From IMG/VR virus record IMGVR_UViG_3300017752_000005: DNA of 64,000 nucleotides. One strand, 5' to 3'. The DNA is from an uncultured virus (IMG/VR IMGVR_UViG_3300017752_000005). Its lineage: Duplodnaviria; Heunggongvirae; Uroviricota; Caudoviricetes. Below, piece by piece: positions 56,582-64,000 of the stretch. The notes under the pieces were generated by a model that was not told the DNA's origin, ran no database searches, and was given only the letters and a program-made list of their open reading frames with translations. How positions within the stretch are numbered: the stretch's first letter is position 1; each line of letters begins with the position of its first letter. The translations under genes and the position numbers were made by a program.

Positions 56582-57642
56582 AAGAGTTCCTCTTTGCTTG
56601 TTCCAAATATACGAGCTTTGTATTCGTCTAAAGATTCTAGTCTATCTGCCTCTTTTTCAACGAGTGACAGTCTTTGTTCTGCCATCATTACTAGCCTTTG
56701 CCTTTCTTCCTCATCTTGAAAGGCTTCTACTAAAGAAAGAATGTTTTGAGTGTTTTCACCCTTCTTTTCTAGTTTTTTGGCTCTATCACCATTTAGTTTT
56801 TGAGTTAAGCTTTCGATCCTTTTTTCACAAGCATTCAACTCATCGTTGGTAGCCTTAATATGTTCTGTAAGGCGCATATTGATGTCTTGGCTCTCAAGCT
56901 CCTCGTTTTCGAGCATATCAGTAAAGATATCCATTCTGTTTTGAATGTGCTTGGCCCTGACAAAATTAGAACAAATCATCATATAAAGATTGAGTTCGTC
57001 AGTCGTTAAGTCTGGTTTGTCCCATGTTGCTCTTACAAATTCCGATTCAAACAAATCCCTGTCGGCATCTGTTCGATAAGCGTTAACTGTAGTAATTAAT
57101 TTATGAATGTTTAAATATTCAAGTAGCCTCTCTGTGTTCTTCCTTTGCTTCGCAGGGAGTTCGTCAGGATTCTCCTTCAAGCTTGTAGCGCACCATTTGT
57201 TGCACCTTCTAATAGCCATAGAATGAGACTTAGGAGAATGCCATTTTCCGTCTGCGGCTTTGGCACTTGAGTCAATCACATCTGGTCTAAATTTTTCTAA
57301 AAATTCAATAACTGATCTATGACTTGCATCTAACGATTTAACGTCAGGTGTTTGAAATACCACCCTTGCAATCTCAAGAGCGGTCATTGAAGATGAAACT
57401 TGATTAGACATAAGGACAGACTTTTGACTATCCGTTAACTCTACGTTAGTTTTTTTTGTGCTTTTGGTTGTATTATATTTCATTCCCTCTGAAACAAGGA
57501 AATCTCTAACTGCACGACCCTCTTGCGATCTACCATCAAGGTCTTCGTTTTTGAAAACGTTTTTGGTAATCTCGATTAAGTCTTGGGTGACTTTAAAAGT
57601 ATTTCTAATAGACTCCCTTTGCTCTGCTGTTAGCTCAACCAT
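56578..57642 (-). CDS. Hypothetical coiled-coil protein, candidate terminase small subunit
   Basis: Helical ORF two genes upstream of terL; function is a positional guess. Confidence 0.4.
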   Translation of the reverse strand: MVELTAEQRESIRNTFKVTQDLIEITKNVFKNEDLDGRSQEGRAVRDFLVSEGMKYNTTKSTKKTNVELTDSQKSVLMSNQVSSSMTALEIARVVFQTPDVKSLDASHRSVIEFLEKFRPDVIDSSAKAADGKWHSPKSHSMAIRRCNKWCATSLKENPDELPAKQRKNTERLLEYLNIHKLITTVNAYRTDADRDLFESEFVRATWDKPDLTTDELNLYMMICSNFVRAKHIQNRMDIFTDMLENEELESQDINMRLTEHIKATNDELNACEKRIESLTQKLNGDRAKKLEKKGENTQNILSLVEAFQDEEERQRLVMMAEQRLSLVEKEADRLESLDEYKARIFGTSKEELL

Positions 57643-58322
57643 TATTCAATAATATCCTCCGAATCAAGTATTTCACGGGCTAGTTCAGCGAATCTCTTTT
57701 TTAAATTGTCTAATTGCTTATACCTTTTTTTCTTTTTCGCGCTCTCAGGTTTAAATCCCATTTTAAAAGCGACCTCTTCATCAGACTTATTTTCAAGAAA
57801 CAACATTGTATAAACTTCTTTATGTCTTTCGTTGTTTAACTCTCTTAGAACTATAGCATGTAATTTATCTGCGCTTTTTTCGTAATCAAATTGATCATAT
57901 AAATCTGTAGAAGCTGTTATAACCCTACCTTCTAAGGGAAGAGGAAGCTTAACGTCATAAACCTTTTTCTTCTTTTTCAGCCACTTAGCATAATCTGGAC
58001 AGGAATCGTCTTGCTGTTTTGATCTTGTAAACGCGCATCCGTCTTCAGAAACATAATGCTTACATCTCAAACATGGTTTAGAAAAAGTAAGGTAATGATT
58101 CCTTATTAAATTTCTAATTTGATTCTGAACGACCTGTCTACACCAAGGCTTGAACGGTCTTTCTTGTATCCATAAATCCCATTTCTCATTGATGTGAATA
58201 CGGATTATCTGTTTTACATCATCGTAATCGAACCATTGAATAGCATCTAATTGCCATTTACTCCTATTTATGTCGAGAAGCTGATCAATCTCTTCGATTT
58301 TATCTTCGAAGCTTTCTCGCAT
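57642..58322 (-). CDS. Sigma-factor-like protein with Cys-rich insertion
   Basis: DDVKQII..., PFKPWCRQVVQNQIRNLIR (region 2); CLRC..C..C; KSDEEVAFKMGF (HTH). Confidence 0.65.
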   Translation of the reverse strand: MRESFEDKIEEIDQLLDINRSKWQLDAIQWFDYDDVKQIIRIHINEKWDLWIQERPFKPWCRQVVQNQIRNLIRNHYLTFSKPCLRCKHYVSEDGCAFTRSKQQDDSCPDYAKWLKKKKKVYDVKLPLPLEGRVITASTDLYDQFDYEKSADKLHAIVLRELNNERHKEVYTMLFLENKSDEEVAFKMGFKPESAKKKKRYKQLDNLKKRFAELAREILDSEDIIE

Positions 58323-58326
58323 GTTA

Positions 58327-58692
58327 TCACTTGCCGAGTTCCCTGCTTTTAGTCACCCTACCAAATTCTTTCATGGTAGATTTAACTACATCTTTCCCCT
58401 TGAAACCTTTGGGGCGATGATGCCGCGCGGGAGGTGCATCTGATCCAGCAATGGACCCGAATGTAGGAAAGCCAGAGTTGTCTACTTGAGTAGACCAGCC
58501 TTGAGATAATTTATCTTTGTTTAATTGAGGCATTTGCTCAGATTGCTCTAAAACCTCTTCTTCAGAAGAATTAGCTCTAGAGACGATAGCACCGCCTACG
58601 TTAAAAGGTTGCCCACATCCAGCGCAGAATTTAGGCTTAACGCTCTCAAATAAGTTTTTATGTCCACACTGGACGCAAAATTCGTGCATCAT
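58327..58692 (-). CDS. Zinc-ribbon protein
   Basis: FCVQCG...KPKFCAGCG. Confidence 0.75.
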   Translation of the reverse strand: MMHEFCVQCGHKNLFESVKPKFCAGCGQPFNVGGAIVSRANSSEEEVLEQSEQMPQLNKDKLSQGWSTQVDNSGFPTFGSIAGSDAPPARHHRPKGFKGKDVVKSTMKEFGRVTKSRELGK

Positions 58693-58743
58693 TACAAAAT
58701 TTTGGTTACACGTAATTATAAATGTTTGGAAAGATTATTACAA

Positions 58744-59421
58744 TTAAATAATTTCTTCTATTTGATCTAATAGAAAAGAAATAACTTCATCTCTTTGAAT
58801 ATCTCCTTTGTCGAAAGCTAAATGGTAAACACCGTTTTCCTTAGATTCCTCGCTATCGAAAAGCTTACATAACTGAGAAAAACCAGAATTTTTTATATCG
58901 CTTTGAAAAGCGTCTCCACAAATAAAAAGCCTTGTCCCTTTATTCATTCTGGTAAGAACCGTAATTAATTCTTTCATCGTTGCGTTCTGCATTTCATCAG
59001 CTATTACAACGCGCTGTTTCCAATCCTGACCCCTGATAAAGTTGACAGGAGAGCCAAGCAAAGCATTACTTCTTTTAAGTCTTTGTTTATCTGGTGCTTG
59101 TAGCATCTCATCGACTTTTTCTTCTAAAGGAGCTAGATAAGGACTGAATTTCTCATCCTCGCCGCCTTTGAGGTATCCCAAACTTCGTTCGGCAGATTCT
59201 ACGACAGTTCTTAAATAAAGAATGTCAGAGCAATCTCCATCCGACCATAAAGATAAAGCTGTATAGATTGAAAGAAAAGATTTAGAAGAACCCGCTGGAC
59301 CCGAAAGGAATACCACTTTTGTTTTTGGGTCTGACATGATTTTAAAAAATTCATGCTGCTTTTTGGTGAGTTCTATGTGCCTCATGTTGAGGCCCGACCT
59401 AGAGGTTGATTTCTGAGGCAT
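58744..59421 (-). CDS. phoH: PhoH-like ATPase
   Basis: GPAGSSKS, LGYLKG, FIRG, ADEMQN, LTR, GDAFQSD, DIQR. Confidence 0.9.
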   Translation of the reverse strand: MPQKSTSRSGLNMRHIELTKKQHEFFKIMSDPKTKVVFLSGPAGSSKSFLSIYTALSLWSDGDCSDILYLRTVVESAERSLGYLKGGEDEKFSPYLAPLEEKVDEMLQAPDKQRLKRSNALLGSPVNFIRGQDWKQRVVIADEMQNATMKELITVLTRMNKGTRLFICGDAFQSDIKNSGFSQLCKLFDSEESKENGVYHLAFDKGDIQRDEVISFLLDQIEEII

Positions 59422-59444
59422 ATATAATAAATTACACTTTTTAA

Positions 59445-59473
59445 TTGACTTCTAGATAAAACTAATGTATCAT
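59445..59473 (+). promoter_or_regulatory. sigma70-like promoter TTGACT-N17-TATCAT, 6 nt before ATG 59480
   Basis: Read directly. Confidence 0.65.
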
Positions 59474-59479
59474 TTTAAT

Positions 59480-59752
59480 ATGATTTCTTTTTGTAGAACA
59501 AAGGAGGAAAAGATTACCTTGACGGAACGAGAGTGCCGCGATGTAACCTCTATTTTCCTACGTCAAAAATTCTTTCCAGAACTTACAATGTGTGACGTTT
59601 GGACAGAGGTTTACATCGAAAATGATAAGATATGCGAAGCGAGCATACACCCTCATAAAGAAGAGCGTATTCGCGCAAAAACAAAAAGGGTTCTTACAGA
59701 AAAAGATAAACTTATCTGGAGTCTTATTGAGGAGCTAGAAGCACCCTTTTAA
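59480..59752 (+). CDS. Hypothetical protein
   Basis: Lone plus-strand ORF with its own promoter; start re-assigned to 59480. Confidence 0.65.
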   Translation: MISFCRTKEEKITLTERECRDVTSIFLRQKFFPELTMCDVWTEVYIENDKICEASIHPHKEERIRAKTKRVLTEKDKLIWSLIEELEAPF

Positions 59753-59755
59753 CAA

Positions 59756-60199
59756 TTACTCTCCGTCAGTAAACTCTCTCATACTAAGCTCTTTAGCAGA
59801 AAGGGGTCTAGCGTCTTCGTCCAAAGTGATAGATCCATCTTCTTGGACAGTGTAAGGGAACATGAGGTCTAGGTAATTAGTAATATCTCTACTAGAAGTA
59901 ACTCCTTCTTTTTGCGACTCCAGAAACTGCAAAAGCTCATTAGATTTAGCGAAAAGCTCAGAAGCGTCTGTTCCAATCTTGTTAAGAATCTTCTTTGTAT
60001 CATCCCATCTTTTTCTAGGGAAAGTTCCTTCCATTCCCCAAAGAGATGTCATCGTAAGTTGCCAATTTATCAAATTAGATTGGAAGATGTCAGATGGAGC
60101 TTCAAGTAACTGAACCGCTCTTTTTGAGGTTTCTGCTTGTGTTTTCTGCTGATTCTTGGATTTCTTCAAATCTTTGTCGTTATCGTCTAATAAACTCAT
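59756..60199 (-). CDS. Hypothetical protein
   Basis: 147-aa ORF; GTGTAA at 60215-60220. Confidence 0.7.
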   Translation of the reverse strand: MSLLDDNDKDLKKSKNQQKTQAETSKRAVQLLEAPSDIFQSNLINWQLTMTSLWGMEGTFPRKRWDDTKKILNKIGTDASELFAKSNELLQFLESQKEGVTSSRDITNYLDLMFPYTVQEDGSITLDEDARPLSAKELSMREFTDGE

Positions 60200-60253
60200 A
60201 ATATTTTTATATTCTTACACTATGTTAATCTTGATTGGGTGATTTTTAATACA

Positions 60254-61486
60254 TTAAGATTTAACACAAGTAACGTCTACCGTTGCTACCCACTTGATTG
60301 TTTTACTTGTCTCACCTGTAACCTTGGCTACCAAAGCATCATTTGTATCATCTGCCTCTAAGGTAAAATCCCAAGTATTAGCGCCTGTAGTCTTTTTGTG
60401 GAAGTTCTCAGTTACAGTCTGTATCAAAGCTGTTGTAGCACCATTTCGATGTATGCCACCTTGTATTTCGAAAACGCAAGAATCTGTGCCATCCCTACCT
60501 GCAAGTGTAGCTACGAAAATCCAAGTTTCTCCAGCATTTAAAGTCATTCTTTGCGTTGCACTAGAACCATCCAGAAACAATTCTGTCTGAGTATTATTTG
60601 AAGTGGTGTTAGCAATAACAAATTTTGCAAATTGAGCCTCTCCAAGTCCAAAGCCTCCTTTAAGACCACCTCCAAAAGCATATTGACCAAATTTGTCTGC
60701 ATTGCCTTTATAGCCACCAGCTATAGCAGAGTAATGTGCAGAAGCAGTATTTTCTCTTCCTCCACCCACGGCAGAATACTGACTGCTAACAGTATTGTCA
60801 TAACCTCCTACGATAGAAGAGTAAGTTTGGGTAATGTTATTAGTATTTCCACCACCTATAATCGTGTAAGGACCGCTTGAAGTATTGTTGTCGCCGCCTC
60901 CTACAAAGATGTGGTTAGAAGTAGCCTGATTCCTTTCTCCACCAACAACACTTGAATGTTCTTCGGTGACTTTGTTGTTTCTTCCAGCGCCAATAAAGTC
61001 ATAATCTCTAGATGTTGCATTGGACCTTCCACCTACAATAACAGAATTTCTTGATGATGCGTTTACAGAGTTAGAACCGCCTCCACCAATAAAAGAATAA
61101 AATGCACCAGTGGCAACACTGTTTGTTAGTCCACCTGCAATAACGCTGTGGTTTGCGCCACCAATAATACTATTGTTCTCTCCTCCTAAAATAGAAGAAT
61201 TTGTCGCAGCAGCAACCTGATTTGAGGCAGCGCGGAGTGTTTGGAGGTCTACAGAAGATTCTCCTCGCGCACTACCAAGACCACCACCAGATACATTTGG
61301 ATCTCTTGATCTAATATTATGATCGTTTGAATCAGTCCCTTGAACCGTTCCCGCTACACCAGAAACAGGTATAGCGTTCATTGGAACACGGATTTCTTCA
61401 TTGCTCGATGCTGAATATCCTACCACAAAATCTCCTGTGGCTGGAGTTAAACTTTGTGCGAAATCTGTAAATTTTTTATCTGCCAT
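60254..61486 (-). CDS. Tail fibre/adhesin-like protein with Gly-rich beta-helix repeats
   Basis: About 12 repeats of 14-16 aa, S.(I/V)(G/V)GG..N; globular C-terminal domain. Confidence 0.75.
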   Translation of the reverse strand: MADKKFTDFAQSLTPATGDFVVGYSASSNEEIRVPMNAIPVSGVAGTVQGTDSNDHNIRSRDPNVSGGGLGSARGESSVDLQTLRAASNQVAAATNSSILGGENNSIIGGANHSVIAGGLTNSVATGAFYSFIGGGGSNSVNASSRNSVIVGGRSNATSRDYDFIGAGRNNKVTEEHSSVVGGERNQATSNHIFVGGGDNNTSSGPYTIIGGGNTNNITQTYSSIVGGYDNTVSSQYSAVGGGRENTASAHYSAIAGGYKGNADKFGQYAFGGGLKGGFGLGEAQFAKFVIANTTSNNTQTELFLDGSSATQRMTLNAGETWIFVATLAGRDGTDSCVFEIQGGIHRNGATTALIQTVTENFHKKTTGANTWDFTLEADDTNDALVAKVTGETSKTIKWVATVDVTCVKS

Positions 61487-61489
61487 TTA

Positions 61490-61786
61490 TTAAATTCTAG
61501 AAATTTTTTCAGAGTTTTCTACCACTTCAATAAACTTACCATCAATGGTTCGTAAATAATCAAGTGGTTGAGGTTGAGTAGGTCTACCTCCCGCGCCATG
61601 CGGGGTTTTAAGTAGCTCTTCTCTCTGTAATACTATACACCGTTTATTGAATTCTCGCCACACATGATGTGCAGCCCAATTGTCTTCAATATAACCGCTT
61701 TCGTAATCTCTTATTATTCTAGATTTTACATCAGGAAGTTCAGACGCTAAAGCAATATGGATTTCTGCAACTGTTATAACAGCCAT
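61490..61786 (-). CDS. Hypothetical protein
   Basis: 98-aa ORF in the fibre operon. Confidence 0.65.
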   Translation of the reverse strand: MAVITVAEIHIALASELPDVKSRIIRDYESGYIEDNWAAHHVWREFNKRCIVLQREELLKTPHGAGGRPTQPQPLDYLRTIDGKFIEVVENSEKISRI

Positions 61787-61816
61787 TGTTATCCTTTTTC
61801 TATATTAGTTTTAAAA

Positions 61817-62281
61817 TTAAATTATTTGTGAGGCTTCGATAAAAATTGTGTCAACTTGCTCATCAGAAAGATTAAAGTCGTTCTTGAGTTCAATGACTAG
61901 AGGGTGATCGACAGGGATAAAATCTGCGTGATCCCACCTTACTTTAGCCTCAGTTCCCTTGGATGAGATCGCTGCATCTAAATCTTCTAGATTTAAAATA
62001 TCGCTATTTATAATGGCGAGCCTCAACTGTAATCGGCTAACTTCTTGAAAAACTAAGTTTTGCGAAGAATCAACGATCTCCCAAGTGTCGCTTTCTTTGG
62101 TTAGATTTCTTATGACTTCTTTGCCATCAGGAACCTCTGGTTTCTCCATTATTGGAACGTAAGTATATCCATCAGGAGAACTAAACTCTTGACCTTTTGC
62201 GAGTTGGCGAATAGGAGGAAAGCCGCCAATGGGACTAGATGCCCTCTCCAGTGGGTTGATTTTAATTAGTTGATGTTTCAT
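61817..62281 (-). CDS. Putative tail fibre assembly/chaperone-like protein
   Basis: VSRLQLRLA...W..A..I..DHPLV...LSDEQVDTIF.EA pattern seen beside phage fibre genes. Confidence 0.6.
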   Translation of the reverse strand: MKHQLIKINPLERASSPIGGFPPIRQLAKGQEFSSPDGYTYVPIMEKPEVPDGKEVIRNLTKESDTWEIVDSSQNLVFQEVSRLQLRLAIINSDILNLEDLDAAISSKGTEAKVRWDHADFIPVDHPLVIELKNDFNLSDEQVDTIFIEASQII

Positions 62282-62286
62282 AAATT

Positions 62287-63012
62287 TTATAGGCCGAAAC
62301 GTCCTTTAAGTGCATTGTAGTTTTGTGTAACTTCTACTGCTGATAGTGCTTTGTTATAAACTAAAGTTTGTGCTATTTTACCCTCAAAAAACACCAGTGA
62401 TCCATTATTCACTGATCCTATATTAAAATTCATTTGTTGCTTTGAAGCAGTTCCAACATTATGATTTTTTATGAAAACACTATTCAAATATGATTTTGCT
62501 GTAGTTCCGTCCCAAGTTACAACAATATTATGCCATACATTGCTGGAAATATCACCAATACGATTATCAGTAGATCCTCCTCTCAGTTTTACAAAAAGAC
62601 CACTTCCAGCTTGATAAAGAAGATAGTTTCCAAAAGATCCCGCCCCGCCACCTTTTCCAATGATAGAGCTAATACCTCTGTTTAATCTATCACAATTAAA
62701 CCAAGAACTTGTTGACCAGATATTTCCGCTATCTGCAAATAATCCGTAAGCGTCTGGATCTAATTGATTACTTGTAGTTACAAAATCATCAGTGCCATCA
62801 AATACTAAAGTCCCACCATTCGCGCTACTATACCCAACACCATTCATAAGAGTGCCATCATTCCCGTTGCCGCTCAAGTCCGTCCAAATGGTTCCGCTTC
62901 CAGAATATGAGCTTGTATTACCAGCATCTAAGTGCAAGACAAGACCTGACGTAACAATTCGTTCACCAGCCCCGCCGCGAAGCATACCGGCTTGTGTTGC
63001 TATGCCGCTCAT
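62287..63012 (-). CDS. LamG/concanavalin-like domain virion protein
   Basis: GLVLHLDAGNTSSYSGSGTIWTDLSGNGN, FDGTDD, WHNIVVTWDG, YNKALSAVEVTQNYNA. Confidence 0.85.
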   Translation of the reverse strand: MSGIATQAGMLRGGAGERIVTSGLVLHLDAGNTSSYSGSGTIWTDLSGNGNDGTLMNGVGYSSANGGTLVFDGTDDFVTTSNQLDPDAYGLFADSGNIWSTSSWFNCDRLNRGISSIIGKGGGAGSFGNYLLYQAGSGLFVKLRGGSTDNRIGDISSNVWHNIVVTWDGTTAKSYLNSVFIKNHNVGTASKQQMNFNIGSVNNGSLVFFEGKIAQTLVYNKALSAVEVTQNYNALKGRFGL

Positions 63013-63470
63013 TATGCGGAGATCGTTATCCAGAATTTGCAGTTAGTGGAATCCGTCTTGCGCCAAGCGATTTCGCACTCTTCATTTGCTCCCATGCCAG
63101 CGATGTCAGAAAGAGTTCCAAGCACATCAATCTGAGAAGCATCTAACGTCAAAGCACGACCGCCTGTAGCATCCTGTATGACAGTGAGGCTTCCGCTTTT
63201 CCCTTCTGCGGCATTAGTGATGGCAGCGAGCGTTCTGTCGCCGCCCAGTGTCACCTTCGCGTTCACACCGTTACTCGCATCGTAAGCGATTGTGGCTCCG
63301 TCAGTGAGCGTCTGCGGGGTAAAATAAGACTCGTCTAAAACTTCGTTAGCAGACAAGATTTGATTAATGGTAGTTTTGATTTCTCCTGTTCCAGCAGCGT
63401 TGTGTCCTACCAGAACAACGTTGCCACTAGGAGACGCATCACTTGTAAAATCAGTAAAGTTAGTAGCCAT
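63012..63470 (-). CDS. Putative fibre-associated virion protein
   Basis: LTDGATIAYD...VTLGGDRTL...QDATGGRAL; N-terminus similar to that of 60254..61486. Confidence 0.65.
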   Translation of the reverse strand: MATNFTDFTSDASPSGNVVLVGHNAAGTGEIKTTINQILSANEVLDESYFTPQTLTDGATIAYDASNGVNAKVTLGGDRTLAAITNAAEGKSGSLTVIQDATGGRALTLDASQIDVLGTLSDIAGMGANEECEIAWRKTDSTNCKFWITISA

Positions 63471-63574
63471 TTATACCACCATTTACACCATGATATAAGT
63501 AAATTTATAGAAAAATCAGTAATTATAAAGGGGGTGGGACAGCTAATACACCCATGCTCTGAGTAAAGTATTTT

Positions 63575-64000
63575 TTAAACGAATGGACCGTCATTCGCAA
63601 TAAAAGTTTCCCCACTAGAGGTCATGGGTATTTTACCAATTTTATCCTCTATATCTTGATCGTCGGTTGCTATCCAATGAATCAAACCATTCTCTATCAA
63701 TTGACCACCATAAATATCTGCAATTTCAGAATCAGACAAAGCTCTGTTGTATACTCTACAATCAGCATACCTTCCTTCTCCATCTGTATCACTTGGAATA
63801 CTTAAATGGTTTAGTCCAAGCATAAGAAAACCATCAGAGATTGTATCGTTAGCACTAGCGGTTGATTGAAAAGCTCCATTAAGAAAACATCTAGCTCTTT
63901 CTGAAGTGGCTTTGCTTGTATCAATAGTGATCGCTAAATGATTCCAAGCTGTAGATGTATTGGCTATAAGATCGCTGTAAAAATATGGATTGCCGTTCCT
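63575..64000 (-). CDS. LamG-domain protein, 5' end outside the window
   Basis: Frame open to the edge: ...WNHLAITID...CFLNG...DCRVYNRALSDSEI. Confidence 0.8.
   Translation of the reverse strand, partial: RNGNPYFYSDLIANTSTAWNHLAITIDTSKATSERARCFLNGAFQSTASANDTISDGFLMLGLNHLSIPSDTDGEGRYADCRVYNRALSDSEIADIYGGQLIENGLIHWIATDDQDIEDKIGKIPMTSSGETFIANDGPFV

Noticed and set aside
63530..63556. GGGTG...CACCC hairpin between fibre genes
   Set aside because: Short stem, large loop and no adjacent U tract; too weak to call a terminator.
1..64000. Alternative genetic code or stop-codon reassignment
   Set aside because: Standard-code ORFs tile the window densely and conserved enzymes are full length; TAA, TAG and TGA all serve as stops.

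Overview
This 64 kb window is part of a large, AT-rich tailed dsDNA bacteriophage (Caudoviricetes), probably lytic. No integrase, tRNA, rRNA or CRISPR array was seen, and no tail sheath gene lies in the window. In order it holds: (i) a replication/recombination module (DnaE-type polymerase apparently split into PHP, exonuclease and a truncated downstream ORF; RecB/AddB-like nuclease; primase; DnaB helicase; RecA); (ii) a ~13 kb sugar-modification cluster (Gmd, HldD-like epimerase, about eight glycosyltransferase-like genes, an inserted HNH-AP2 endonuclease); (iii) sigma factor, dNMP kinase, dUTPase, a highly structured ~210-nt intergenic RNA candidate and a class I (Id-like) ribonucleotide reductase; (iv) a tail-to-portal morphogenesis block with a 1904-aa tape measure protein; (v) amidase, metallopeptidases, terminase, a second sigma-like gene, PhoH and tail-fibre/LamG genes. 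Best leads: a candidate virion O-glycosylation system (GT cluster plus strong Ser/Thr-Gly enrichment in virion proteins); a tape measure protein whose GF(V/I)PNF repeats bracket a nuclease-like cargo domain; a putative novel ncRNA; and a GTGTAA motif just upstream of 12 genes, likely the phage late promoter. Product calls rest on motif recognition and gene order only; no database searches were run, and all counts are by hand.
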